From Wickerhamiella versatilis (Eukaryota): 64,000 bases of DNA. Made by a program: the position numbers and the translations under genes. Where the stretch lies: contig JAQOWU010000008.1 of NCBI GenBank assembly GCA_030867685.1, positions 1,116,001-1,180,000 on the forward strand, read 5' to 3'. Shown here one piece after another: positions 22,901-32,634 of this stretch (position 1 is its first letter; each line of letters starts with the position of its first letter). The notes under the pieces are model-generated. The model worked only from the letters and a program-made list of their open reading frames with translations. It made no database searches and was not told the DNA's origin.

Positions 22901-23236
22901 AGGGCCGTTTCTACCGCTGTTTATCTCTTAGCCTTACAAGACCTCGCCAATTCGCCGTTCAGAGTCGTGGACGAAATTAATCAAGGTATGGATGAAATGA
23001 ATGAGTATCGGACGCAAAGATTTATCGTTGAAACGGCATGCGAGAGTGGGTCACAATGCTTCTTAGTTACACCTAAGCTGCTTATGGACTTGCCTTACCA
23101 CCATGATCAGGAAATAGAAATAATATTCAATGGAACCCACGTCGCAGAAAATATGGTCTACCGCGATGATAACTTTGACCTCGTGACCTGTTGTATCGAA
23201 GAAGAAGTTCCTATTGAAAGACTAGATTCGGAGTAA
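19916..23236 (+). CDS. SMC5: Structural maintenance of chromosomes protein 5
   Basis: GPNGTGKS, IQVNNLCQFLPQ, QSGGERAVST and PFRVVDEINQGMD, with long coiled coils. First ATG at 19916. Confidence 0.95.
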   Translation: MSRSESTGMSSNGNAKRRRVSLEQPEMSLVDSSYTRELGFKSGSIISMHLENFQVATNCNYKFGPALNMILGPNGTGKSTVVTAIFLIFGGRLIDLHRKGYGGFIQTGAEKGVIKVLLQAKEGGMINPELTMELFHQRKPRFLLNEIETPAKEIQDLVLEYRIQVNNLCQFLPQTRVAAFSGESPQERLVSTEYAVGYLGMVDDHEQLMTAGDRLSRLQTTNTQLQHYIDEYKERLEQLQETMRSLDESASKRKEQQYFKNLVPVLQYAKVRTTCKELKKEISSKKKSLEDFEVSCSDVVEKLQASRESRILYQKQKASDKELSKRMVELIQESRRKMDSARDNVVLSRRRLSELTSEQGDAEGRISRLQDDRRTLHKRLHHLEKNLQHAQNEISEQMIEDRLAEAEHQISQLRSKEEEFSTILTDLESKQRSSQRSAQQIQRRLHKLQNQSSRDPHVIAQSLSPLHRQELFAALDLVNSQKSQFSGIVHSPGILSLSILNDAALPQLFSRMRVEELLTFVCEQKSDQKLLTSLSAKLTVPIRTVWVPPKRQKDRGPLSRSELSDYGFDGYLIDCLNGPEGVLNYFASLGFGRSPYSSTRLSRETEIRLESSGYLGEYIDSSHRVERRRSHYGQRKIYSVETGVPTVVPQWLRDMCQQDISNQLIEAQVRLNEFNREIESLNNQLIDTSAKREDVKVDRLKLVGARTGWSDKILQRDKFQALVEAANANISTINLNIEKEKDRHVEFGRHLKEKTEALAGSLRELVEVSSQPSKHYDVIVQSAKRFGQYSWSFASAESSERRYSEALDTYRTELRNSLDQLKAELAAQEEKISSEKQAYEEAKAELRKLGMEERAKEDAKKITAEEVQEKIGALLAELRLTESGENYKETSKLLDDTQKKLESFIQDLNRDSALANDLDNQVKALREKWEAELLNLVAYVSQKYSAMFNALGCRGELSLVKRGFDFANWGIDVLVAFRDGEPLSPLSRQKQSGGERAVSTAVYLLALQDLANSPFRVVDEINQGMDEMNEYRTQRFIVETACESGSQCFLVTPKLLMDLPYHHDQEIEIIFNGTHVAENMVYRDDNFDLVTCCIEEEVPIERLDSE

Positions 23237-23288
23237 CTAACTAACCTCAAGTTAAGTGAATATTATTAGTAAGAAAACTTTTCTTCTC

Positions 23289-24254
23289 ATGGGTATTGGG
23301 AATTCTATTAAACGGCTTTCGCAGTCATTGGGGCTTTTGAAAGATGATGAGGATCATAAAGATGATTCAATCGACTTTTCAAAGCTCCAGGAGAGTGAAG
23401 ACAGTGATAGCGCTAGTGAAAGTGACTCCTCAGATGAGAACCGCCCCGAGCAGCAAGGTGAGGCGGAAGACAGTGAAAAAAATCCAGACAGTGAAGAAGA
23501 TGAGGATATTGCCCTTTCTGAGGTGGAACTCGATGATGACGCCGATGTCATTCCCCACCAACGCACAACCATTAACAACGTCGGTGCTCTAAAACGCAGT
23601 CTATCTAGCATTGAACTGCCTCGTGAGTCACAAGGAAATTTTATGGAGACATTCAGCGTCACAAATGCTGAGCCACTCACGGTAAAGGATGTATTTGATG
23701 ACACGGAACGTGAACTCGCATTTTACGCCCAAGCGTTAGAAGCTGTTCGTCAAGGTAGAAATTTGTGCAAACAAAAGCAAATTCCATTTAGCCGACCTGC
23801 GGACTATTTTGCAGAAATGGTAAAATCTGATGAGCATATGGATCGCATCAAGAGGAAGCTTATCGATGAGGAGACTGCTAAGCGAGCCTCTCAAGAGGCA
23901 CGTAAACAGCGTGAGCTTAAGAAGTATGGCAAAAAAGTGCAGCATGAACGCTTGCAGCAATACCAAAAGCAGAAACGCGATACCTTGGATAAGGTTAATA
24001 GTCTCAAGCGTAAGCGGAAAAATCAAGAAGTTCCTGGTGGAGATGAATTTGAAGTACATCTCGAAGATGCTCTTAAAGACAAGAAAAAGGAACGTGACGA
24101 CAAATATAGATTGGGGAATCGCGCTCCAAATAACAAGCGTCAAGCCAAGAACAACAAGTATGGGTATGGTGGCAAAAAGAAAGGGTCACGGTCAAACACA
24201 GCAGAAAGCTCTATGGATATCTCAGGTTTTCAAAATAAGCGCCGACGGAAGTAA
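23289..24254 (+). CDS. EBP2: rRNA-processing protein Ebp2
   Basis: DDTERELAFYAQAL, RPADYFAEMVKSDEHM and KYGYGGKK. First ATG at 23289. Confidence 0.95.
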   Translation: MGIGNSIKRLSQSLGLLKDDEDHKDDSIDFSKLQESEDSDSASESDSSDENRPEQQGEAEDSEKNPDSEEDEDIALSEVELDDDADVIPHQRTTINNVGALKRSLSSIELPRESQGNFMETFSVTNAEPLTVKDVFDDTERELAFYAQALEAVRQGRNLCKQKQIPFSRPADYFAEMVKSDEHMDRIKRKLIDEETAKRASQEARKQRELKKYGKKVQHERLQQYQKQKRDTLDKVNSLKRKRKNQEVPGGDEFEVHLEDALKDKKKERDDKYRLGNRAPNNKRQAKNNKYGYGGKKKGSRSNTAESSMDISGFQNKRRRK

Positions 24255-24282
24255 TATCATTAAATAATATTTAGAATACGTG

Positions 24283-26784
24283 CTAATTTCCAATTAACTC
24301 GGCAAACTCATCATCAAAGTAGGACTTCGGCTGAGGTTTTGCACTTAAACCTTTTCGGTTACGGGTCTTGAGCATGAAGTCCCGTGCTATTGCCTGGTCT
24401 TCAGATTTCTCAAGTCTTCCCGTTTTCTGGCCTTCATCCAAGGGGTTACCAGGGACTAACTCCCACCGTTCTAGAGGTTCCAAAACCACATGTGCCTGGC
24501 CTTCACTGGCTAACCTGATCTCAGTTTCCAGTCCAAACGAATCAATTACAGGTAGCCTACCCTCAGTGACGTAAAATTTTGTCAAATGCAAGCCTTCATC
24601 CCTCGTTACATAGCCTCTTCGTTTCGTGAGGGAGCGGTAGACATTACGCCCTGTCCGAACAGGCCCAATAACTGTCAAATGGAACCAAGGCTCTAGTAAT
24701 CGTGGAGATGCCAACATCATTGCTGCATAGCATGCTCGACGGGCCATTTGTACCAGCTGTATACCGTTACGGTTTTCCAGGCTATCGTCCAGCGATACCT
24801 CCATAATCCTGAAATTAACATTGGACGTAGGACTTTCGCACAAAGGTCCTTCGTTGACCGCCCATTCTACACCCCGTCTTAAATCCTCGAGGTGAGTATC
24901 TAAAGCAACCCTCTTTTCAGATGGAAGGTCGATGGTTTCATCCACAAATGTGTTTTTGTCACCAACAATCGCAATAAGCGACTTTAAAGCTAGAGCATCC
25001 CAACCAGCATCTTTAAGAACCCCTGCGGTATACTTCTTAATATTCTCAGCTGGAATATTAAGCGGTGAGACCAAGAGCGTTATGGAATTCATTCTATCGG
25101 GAGTATAAGTAGGACACGCCACATATGAGGTTTCAACGACTGTCTCACGAAATCCAACTGTAAGATCAGAAACATCAACTTCTAGAAATTCTTCACACAA
25201 ATTGCGCAATTCATACAACACGCAATCTAGATATAGCTCACCTGGTCCCCACAAGGTATGTTCGCCGGTCTGCTCGACGTTTGCGTGCAACTGTCTATAC
25301 AGTCGTGTTAGAATTGATATTCTTTCCTCCATACACTGCTTATCTGCGGGATTCTTTGTCTCAATGCTTGCGCTGATCATTGGCTGGCTAAATCTCGGAA
25401 CTAGATCAACGTCACATTTCATCAGAGCCCACGACCCTAGAGGAACAGATTCGACTGGTTCAGTGTACTGTGATTGAGGTATTCTGAGCCCTGGTGCACA
25501 TAATACAGGCCGATTTACCCGGATAAGAGTATGTATACCATCGTCTGTCTGAAGAGATGCTACAGGAGTATTGTCCTCAGCCAGCTCTGGCTCTGGAACA
25601 GTCTCGGTAATTACAGAAACAAAATTCTCCCAGCAATTTAAGAAAAATAAAGAAAATATTGATATTAAACGTGGCATGAGAGGTTTTTCAAGCTCTTTTC
25701 GCCCAATCCTAATTCCAAGCTCTTGATTCAGCTTAAGCTGTAAATCCGAAGTTTTAAGAACCATACCAAAGGATATCAATTTAAATATTGGGCCAAGGAT
25801 ATATTCCGCAAACAGACTTTCGGTATTATTTTCACGGGGAACAAATTTACCTTCTATCAAAGAGATATCGCCCCACAAGTATTTTGCAAACATTCCCGAA
25901 TCAAGTCCTGGGCATTGATAGTCACGATAGAGACGCGCAGCTTCTTGAATATTAAATACGAAATTAAATCTCGTAGACGCAAAAAATACATTAGTATCAC
26001 GGGGATTTATGCACTCAGCACCAATCTGCAATAAATAGTTATTCACCTCCTCGATGACCACCCATATCCGCTCAAATGCTCTCTGCGGTGTCAAATGTAA
26101 ATCAAGATGTAAACGATCAATTTTATTCAGAAGAAAAATCATTGGCTTTGATAAATTTTTTGCCATTTTTATTGCAGCTCTCACCATAGGAAGCAGTCCC
26201 TCGACTACATCCACAACAACAATCGCACCATCGGCTAGATGAAGTCCGCACTCTACCTCTGCACTGAAATCTCTGTGTCCTGGTGTATCCACTATGTTCA
26301 TAACAAATGAAGTGCCATCTATATTTGGCAGAAGTAAGGATACTGGACCAAGTTTTAGAGTCATTTGACGCTTTCTTTCCAGATCATGAAAATCAGTAAA
26401 ATGATTTACAGGCTCTGCATAGTTCTTTCCTACCAGGATATCTATCAGAGATGTCTTACCATGATTAAAATGTCCGACGACGGCTATGCTGCGCACACGC
26501 TTTGGATTTTCCGCCAAATCCCGTCGAAATTGGCGAGAATAGATCACTTGTGGCACTCTAGTTTGTTCTTTCTGTTGTTTTGGAGCTGAGTTTGGTACTG
26601 CCATGTCTTGATCATCCTCACTGTAGTGCGCAAACTCCACCTCCTCACCATAGTCAATGTTGTCCCCATTTTCTCCTTCACTACTCTGATCAAATTCATC
26701 AGAAGCGTCTTCCCAATCTTTTTCGTCTTCTGAGTATTCTTTCGCGATCAGATTGCCAAAATCATCGAATTCCTCGTCGGACAT
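24283..26784 (-). CDS. SNU114: U5 snRNP GTPase Snu114 (EF-2-like), shortened
   Basis: Acidic DEFGN-like N-terminus (DDFGNLI), GHFNHGKT, DTPGH, NKIDRL, GELYLDC, PVIDSFGLETEIR and ARDFMLKTRNRKGLS. Confidence 0.93.
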   Translation of the reverse strand: MSDEEFDDFGNLIAKEYSEDEKDWEDASDEFDQSSEGENGDNIDYGEEVEFAHYSEDDQDMAVPNSAPKQQKEQTRVPQVIYSRQFRRDLAENPKRVRSIAVVGHFNHGKTSLIDILVGKNYAEPVNHFTDFHDLERKRQMTLKLGPVSLLLPNIDGTSFVMNIVDTPGHRDFSAEVECGLHLADGAIVVVDVVEGLLPMVRAAIKMAKNLSKPMIFLLNKIDRLHLDLHLTPQRAFERIWVVIEEVNNYLLQIGAECINPRDTNVFFASTRFNFVFNIQEAARLYRDYQCPGLDSGMFAKYLWGDISLIEGKFVPRENNTESLFAEYILGPIFKLISFGMVLKTSDLQLKLNQELGIRIGRKELEKPLMPRLISIFSLFFLNCWENFVSVITETVPEPELAEDNTPVASLQTDDGIHTLIRVNRPVLCAPGLRIPQSQYTEPVESVPLGSWALMKCDVDLVPRFSQPMISASIETKNPADKQCMEERISILTRLYRQLHANVEQTGEHTLWGPGELYLDCVLYELRNLCEEFLEVDVSDLTVGFRETVVETSYVACPTYTPDRMNSITLLVSPLNIPAENIKKYTAGVLKDAGWDALALKSLIAIVGDKNTFVDETIDLPSEKRVALDTHLEDLRRGVEWAVNEGPLCESPTSNVNFRIMEVSLDDSLENRNGIQLVQMARRACYAAMMLASPRLLEPWFHLTVIGPVRTGRNVYRSLTKRRGYVTRDEGLHLTKFYVTEGRLPVIDSFGLETEIRLASEGQAHVVLEPLERWELVPGNPLDEGQKTGRLEKSEDQAIARDFMLKTRNRKGLSAKPQPKSYFDDEFAELIGN

Positions 26785-26880
26785 GCAGCTTAGTAGATCT
26801 TACGTACCATGCCTCACTGTTGCCAAACATGTCACTGCTAAATTATACATAACTAAATTTGTGTAATTTCTTTCAAAGTT

Positions 26881-27405
26881 CTAACCAATATTACTCTTGC
26901 TTAAGCGGTCAAGAGCAATATCACACATAGCATCAAACGCGCGTCTTCGCTCTTTTCCAATATCTCCTTCTTCCATTCTTGTCTTCATGTCACTCATAAT
27001 GACAGAACGAGGGCGTCCTGCAACAAATACCACATAGCGTAGACCCGGAAATTTCTTTTCGTAATTATGATTGAGTTCTTCCAACATGCGACCTTCTTCC
27101 TCGGAAGCTGCTTTCAATGATGCCTGTTCGGCCTGTGAAGCTGTAGACTCCACTTTTTTTGCGCCAAGGCGAGGATGTGCAGCAATTATATCTGAAGCCG
27201 TTTTCTCCGACCCATTCTGCTCGAGTAGACTATGTAACCTTCTCCGCACTCGTTCAATGATCTCCTTGTATGATAGAGCAGGACTTGTCACATCATCATG
27301 AATGAGATCAACAAGAACTGGGCATGGCTCAAACAGTTTTGCTAAAACATCTGCTCTATCAACGTCATTTAACTTGGGCAAGACAGTAACTGGAGGCAGA
27401 CTCAT
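26881..27405 (-). CDS. OHCU decarboxylase-family protein (urate catabolism)
   Basis: LFEP, IAAHPRLG, SQAEQ, LNHNYEKKFPGLRYVVFVAGR and DIALDR match the OHCU decarboxylase pattern. Confidence 0.85.
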   Translation of the reverse strand: MSLPPVTVLPKLNDVDRADVLAKLFEPCPVLVDLIHDDVTSPALSYKEIIERVRRRLHSLLEQNGSEKTASDIIAAHPRLGAKKVESTASQAEQASLKAASEEEGRMLEELNHNYEKKFPGLRYVVFVAGRPRSVIMSDMKTRMEEGDIGKERRRAFDAMCDIALDRLSKSNIG

Positions 27406-27620
27406 GTTATCTCAAATCAGCTTACACTAGCACCAAAATACTCTTCATATCACAGAGCTCCCAATTGAGCCTCAGTATTCACCCCTTGTAATTAGCATAA
27501 CTTTAATCTAGATATCTGCTCTCTATGTCGTGGATCTTCTGAATTACCTGCCTCGACCACTATTGAACTCCTCCCAGAACATATAACCTGAGTAATCGTC
27601 TTTTTTTCAGCGAAGCTCGA

Positions 27621-28121
27621 ATGGGATCAACTGCGAACATTGCAACAGGCCTAGCTGCCCTCGGTGCCATAGGGTACCTTGTTTATTTCGATTACAAGCG
27701 AAGACATAGTTCCGGGTTCCGCAAGGAGCTGCGCAAGAAAGCAGTGAAATTTGATAAGGAGCAAGAGAAGGCCTTCCAAGCTACAAAGCACCAAGAACGT
27801 GCAGAGATTCAAGAACTCATTGAAACAAGTATTCAGGAGTCTCCCCTACCTTCGGGAATCCAAGCTCGGGAACAGTTCTTCATCACTGAGGTTTCTCGTG
27901 CCGATGAACTTCTGAACTCTAACAATTACATAGAAGCAGCTTTGGCTTTTTACCGCGCTCTTCTTGTATATCCTCAACCTACTGACTTGCTCGGTTTCTA
28001 TGAGAAGAGTATCAAACCAGCTTCTGTACTAGAGCTTGTGCGTACCATGGTGGTGATTCGCCCACCCCCTGCCATTGCTAAGATGGTACAGGAGACTATT
28101 AACACTGGAGGCGTTGAGTAG
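27621..28121 (+). CDS. TOM20: Mitochondrial import receptor Tom20
   Basis: N-terminal TM followed by GYLVYFDYKRR...FRKELRK, and AALAFYRALLVYPQP. Confidence 0.95.
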   Translation: MGSTANIATGLAALGAIGYLVYFDYKRRHSSGFRKELRKKAVKFDKEQEKAFQATKHQERAEIQELIETSIQESPLPSGIQAREQFFITEVSRADELLNSNNYIEAALAFYRALLVYPQPTDLLGFYEKSIKPASVLELVRTMVVIRPPPAIAKMVQETINTGGVE

Positions 28122-28221
28122 GCCTATAAATGTATATATATGTACTCGTTTCATTTGTCGTTTGATTGACAAAAATATAAATCTAACGTGGCGCTTACAT
28201 ACCAGCCAGCTAGCTAGAGCC

Positions 28222-31200
28222 ATGGACGACGACCTAATCCGTCAACAGCGCTTGGCGCGATTTTTAGCGGCGCGTGAAAGTAACCAGTCGCAATCGAGTC
28301 CCAGAAATTCAGGCCAGTCGCAGCCACAACCCCAGCTATCTGAAGCATCGGCTCCGAGCAAGGCGAAGCCGACGGTGGCGCGACCGGAGCAAAACAGCAA
28401 AAGTCATACCACCCCAGAGATTGCAACTAGAAAAGCACATAAGCCCGAAAAGTCTCCTGAGCCTCAAGGTAATATAATTGAACGTGTCTTGATGGTTACG
28501 GTGGACGAAAACAAGAAGGGCTATATCCATATTTCAGACTCTGAATTTAACTTGGATGATCTAGACAGTGTACTTTGGGAAGCTATAACAAGCTCACAAC
28601 GACCAGGTGATGGCATATCCTATTTGATTGATTGCTGGAAACGCAGTATGGATTTGATGCGCTCTAGTTCCAAAACAGACGCAGAGATACTTCAGACAGC
28701 ATTGATCCGATATGCTGTTATCTGCGCTACCGCCGCACCTGATGATGAGGTATATGGTGATCTTGCTGGATCCCTTTTAAAATATGGAGCCTCCGCACCC
28801 TGGGGATTTGTGACCAAAATTTTCGCGGCAGCACAAGAACAAGATATGCTGTCCGAATTACTTGGTATAGTACTCGAAAAAGTTCTGCCAAGTGGCCCAA
28901 ATGGATTTACCACGGGCTACAGAACGAATTTCAGCGTACTCAGTAATCTTCTTCGTATCAGCGGTGTACCTGAATGCGTTCTCTTTCTTCCGCAATTTCA
29001 CTTTGATAAGAATTCTGGTCCCGTGCATCTTGCATCTAATACATTTTTAGGGCCTTTATTCAGTGTGACTCCTTTAGATGGTCCAGGTCCCCTTACTTTA
29101 TTTCAGAATATCAATACAATGACTCCGCTACAGATAAGCCAGACGGCTCAGGATGAACAACTCGAGACAAAAGTGATAATTGATCAACTGTTCGAGTTTG
29201 TAAACCAGCTTGTACGGGCTGGTGCAGGACCGCGGAGATGTGTTTTGAACTACTTTAGCCAGGTCCTAAACGTCAACCACAAGAAAACCGCAATGGTCGT
29301 AGATGAGCACACAGTGAATGGTACAGGATTCATGTTAAATATTGCTGCAGTATTAGTGAAGTTTTGCAAGCCGTTTTCTCATCTTGATGGTACCCAGATA
29401 AGCAAAATCAGGCCAGAATACTTTCAGTTCGATCAGAGTTATGATATTTCGGAGGAAACAAGGCTGCTAGCTGATGCTGAGCATGCAGCAAAGTGGCGTG
29501 AAAAAGGACTAACATCTGAAGCGCCGAATTTTGTCACAGAAATATTCTTTTTGTGTGCTGGCTACCTAAAATTCGGTCTTGGTGCTGCAATCCAAAGTGA
29601 AACTCGCTTAAAGCGTCAAAGAGACGCGATGCAAGCTAACTTAGAGTCATTTGAGCAAAGATTTGGCACAATTACGAATAGCATGCGAAGTCCCATCCCA
29701 CAAGTGTCAATGTTTTTGGATAGGGCTCGTCGTGAGGTTGCCAAATACAAGGCAGCGTTGGCATCTTTAGCTTGCATATTTCGTAATGAGGATATGATGC
29801 ATGATTTTACTAGTTTTGCTTCCTTTGTCCTGCTTTTTGCAGTAAATCGTGCTGAGCCTAACCATGCATATTCGTTGCAGCAGTTGCAACTGCCAGATGA
29901 CAACACTCCTGATGAGGTTTTTGCATCATATCCTGAGTTCATGGTCGAAGCACCCGTGGAGGCTGTCACTTATACAATGAAGCGTTTGCCCCAACTAACA
30001 AGGAAGCTTGACACACTTCGTCTTGTCGAGTGTGTTGTGTATTTCTTGCGCCGTCCACAAACTCTTCGCAACCCTTATCTTAAATCTCGTATGGTTGAAA
30101 TCTTGTTTTATGGCTCTGTTGACCAGCCGCTTACAACTGGAGGTTCAATTCCTGGAGCAATGGTTGAAATTTTTGAAACTAATAAGCTGTGCCTCAATCA
30201 TTTGTTGCCAGCGCTTATGATGATCTATTCCGATATAGAGCATACTGGCCGCAGTTCGCAATTCTATGACAAGTTCAATACACGTGAGCTGGTTGTACAC
30301 ATTTTCAAAGTTCTTTGGCGAAATAGTCATTATCGTCACCACATGGTGAGCCTCAGCTCCTCGGACTCTGACTTCTTCGTGAAATTCGTCTCTTTGCTCT
30401 TGAGTGATACGACCTACTTACTGGAAGAAGCTTTGAATACTCTACTTACCATTCGTAAACTCCAAAACGGAATCAACCCTGATGCTACGGCTGCGAATCC
30501 TAGGGAACCAGATGATGCGCGAACTGGACAAGAACAACGGCAAGGCACTGATCAAGAGCATATACCGGCATCAGCTGATGCAGATCCCACAGAACCTGAA
30601 CAAGAGTCGCCCGAACAAAGGTTAGAGCGTACTGAACAGTCGGCAAAGATGATGCTCCAGCTCAGCGGTGATAATGTTGATCTTCTTTCCACTTTTACAA
30701 AGTCTGTTCCACGGATATTTGTAACCGCAGAGGTCGTCGACCGTGTGGCTGTAATGTTAAATTACAATCTCGCTGCTTTGGTAGGACCGAAGTGTAACAA
30801 CTTGAAGATCCGCGATCCTCATAAAGTCGGTTTTGATCCAAAGAAGATGCTTACAGAACTAGTTGGGGTATACCTCAATTTGTCGGAGCAACCTGAGTTC
30901 CCTTATGCTCTTGCGAGGGACGAGCGTAGCTTCAAACCTGAAAATTTCCACAAGGCTCAAAGTATTCTCTATAAATTTGGGCTGCGTTCCAGTATTGACC
31001 TGAATAAATTGAATGACTTATGCACAAGAAGCGAGGAGGCCCGTCGCGAAGAAGAGCTCAACGAAGAGGAACTTGGTGAAATTCCTGATGAATTTTTGGA
31101 TCCTCTAATGTACACATTAATGGAAAATCCTGTGATTCTTCCGACTTCCCATGTTACAGTGGACTTTACAACAATAAAAGCGTATCTTCTTAGTGATCCT

Positions 31201-31320
31201 ATCGATCCTTTCAATCGATCACCTTTGAAGATTGAAGAAGTCACCCCTAATGTTGAACTCAAGCAGCAAATTGAAGCTTTCAAGGCAGAGAAACGAAAGA
31301 ACAGAATGCAATTAGACTAG
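28222..31320 (+). CDS. UFD2: U-box E4 ubiquitin ligase Ufd2
   Basis: IRQQRLARF N-terminus, SQFYDKFNTR, LNYNLAALVGPKC and a U-box (IPDEFLDPLM...DPFNRSPL). ATG at 28222. Confidence 0.96.
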   Translation: MDDDLIRQQRLARFLAARESNQSQSSPRNSGQSQPQPQLSEASAPSKAKPTVARPEQNSKSHTTPEIATRKAHKPEKSPEPQGNIIERVLMVTVDENKKGYIHISDSEFNLDDLDSVLWEAITSSQRPGDGISYLIDCWKRSMDLMRSSSKTDAEILQTALIRYAVICATAAPDDEVYGDLAGSLLKYGASAPWGFVTKIFAAAQEQDMLSELLGIVLEKVLPSGPNGFTTGYRTNFSVLSNLLRISGVPECVLFLPQFHFDKNSGPVHLASNTFLGPLFSVTPLDGPGPLTLFQNINTMTPLQISQTAQDEQLETKVIIDQLFEFVNQLVRAGAGPRRCVLNYFSQVLNVNHKKTAMVVDEHTVNGTGFMLNIAAVLVKFCKPFSHLDGTQISKIRPEYFQFDQSYDISEETRLLADAEHAAKWREKGLTSEAPNFVTEIFFLCAGYLKFGLGAAIQSETRLKRQRDAMQANLESFEQRFGTITNSMRSPIPQVSMFLDRARREVAKYKAALASLACIFRNEDMMHDFTSFASFVLLFAVNRAEPNHAYSLQQLQLPDDNTPDEVFASYPEFMVEAPVEAVTYTMKRLPQLTRKLDTLRLVECVVYFLRRPQTLRNPYLKSRMVEILFYGSVDQPLTTGGSIPGAMVEIFETNKLCLNHLLPALMMIYSDIEHTGRSSQFYDKFNTRELVVHIFKVLWRNSHYRHHMVSLSSSDSDFFVKFVSLLLSDTTYLLEEALNTLLTIRKLQNGINPDATAANPREPDDARTGQEQRQGTDQEHIPASADADPTEPEQESPEQRLERTEQSAKMMLQLSGDNVDLLSTFTKSVPRIFVTAEVVDRVAVMLNYNLAALVGPKCNNLKIRDPHKVGFDPKKMLTELVGVYLNLSEQPEFPYALARDERSFKPENFHKAQSILYKFGLRSSIDLNKLNDLCTRSEEARREEELNEEELGEIPDEFLDPLMYTLMENPVILPTSHVTVDFTTIKAYLLSDPIDPFNRSPLKIEEVTPNVELKQQIEAFKAEKRKNRMQLD

Positions 31321-31515
31321 GGGAGGGTCTGATGTGGCTGACTACCAACACCTAAATGCTTTGATTAAAAACTCAGTGTTCCTAAGAATATAGATGAACT
31401 CCTAAAATTTTTTTCAATATATATACTCTTCAGTCGATTGCAATTTCAAATGGTAGAATTTGCTGAAGCAATACTATCGAATGCCGTTTGATTGGTATTT
31501 TATGCTGAAAGTAGC

Positions 31516-32436
31516 TTATTGATTAGCCGGTTCTAAGTACTCTGTAGGAATTCCTGTGTCCTTTTCGGTAAATTTTCCGATTTTTCCAGGGCCTAAGCTC
31601 ACTAGTTTGTCCACGTCTTGTGAAACAAAACGTACAGAATCCAGCCATTTGACTGGTTCTACCAATGCCGACACACAGGCACCCTTGATTTCATCCAAAG
31701 AACCATAGGGCCTAGCTGTTTGGTTTGAGATAACCTTAACATCACTTTGGAAATTCCATTTTGCTTTACTCACAAGTTCTGCCAACCTTGGTTGCGCTGG
31801 CTTCATATATCGGGAGTGGAATGCACCAGAGACGTTGAGAGGCTTCACAATGACACGTCCAAATGTATCCTTAATGCTGGAGGCTGCAGCATTAAGATCA
31901 ATCTTGCGACCACTCAAGGTTGTCTGAGTTGAGGAATTGATGTTAGCAATATCCAAATTGTATTCACTACAAAGCTCGCTGAGCTTTGAACCGAACTCCC
32001 TGGTATCTACCTTGGATGGTCGGACGAATAGGGACATTCCAGTCTCCTCAAACTGTTTTGCAGCGTCGCGCATTGCTTCTCCTCTCGCGTGCACAAGTAT
32101 GAGTGCATCACGTATTGGTAAAAGTCCAGCTACAACGAAAGCACTATACTCGCCCATAGAGTGCCCCATAGCATATATAAGCTGGTCCCTATATGGTTTG
32201 CAAATTTCGTAATTTGCCCAGGTTGCTGCAAGAATCAAAGGCTGTGCAATCTCGGTAGCAGTTATATCATACTGGTAGTTATCTCCTGTCAAGGCAGCAG
32301 ACAGCCTCAAATTCGGCAAAGCTTCATCTACCTGATCAAGCAAGGAAGAGAGGACTTTTGGTGGCGCTTGCGCTGCAAATTTCAACAATCCTAGCTTTTG
32401 GAAGCCTTGGCCAGGTAGAAGCAGACCAGCTCTCAT
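31516..32436 (-). CDS. MCT1: Malonyl-CoA:ACP transacylase (mitochondrial FAS II)
   Basis: PGQG, TEIAQP, GHSMGEY and LNVSGAFHS. The likely start is MRAGLLL at 32436; the ORF is open to 32496. Confidence 0.9.
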   Translation of the reverse strand: MRAGLLLPGQGFQKLGLLKFAAQAPPKVLSSLLDQVDEALPNLRLSAALTGDNYQYDITATEIAQPLILAATWANYEICKPYRDQLIYAMGHSMGEYSAFVVAGLLPIRDALILVHARGEAMRDAAKQFEETGMSLFVRPSKVDTREFGSKLSELCSEYNLDIANINSSTQTTLSGRKIDLNAAASSIKDTFGRVIVKPLNVSGAFHSRYMKPAQPRLAELVSKAKWNFQSDVKVISNQTARPYGSLDEIKGACVSALVEPVKWLDSVRFVSQDVDKLVSLGPGKIGKFTEKDTGIPTEYLEPANQ

Positions 32437-32634
32437 GGGTAAGGGGTTACCGTTACAACGTTCGTCTGTGTTGAGAATTAAAAAAAAATCAGTCATTTAA
32501 TGGCATTTTGTCCATTTGAAGTCTGGACATATCTAACATTGACCGTTATTTCTATTTAGGTGCTTAGATCATTTTTAATGATATGATCACATCGTACGTG
32601 AAAAATATGGCTATAACAATCAGGCAACTCACAG

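Noticed and set aside
28075..28221. N-terminal extension of UFD2 overlapping TOM20
   Set aside because: It starts at a TTG and crosses an AT-rich spacer. The conserved N-terminus begins at ATG 28222.
31516..32436. FabD-like gene as a bacterial horizontal transfer
   Set aside because: A FabD-like Mct1 is a normal mitochondrial FAS II enzyme. It has no operon-like neighbours or compositional anomaly; a phylogeny would be needed to claim more.
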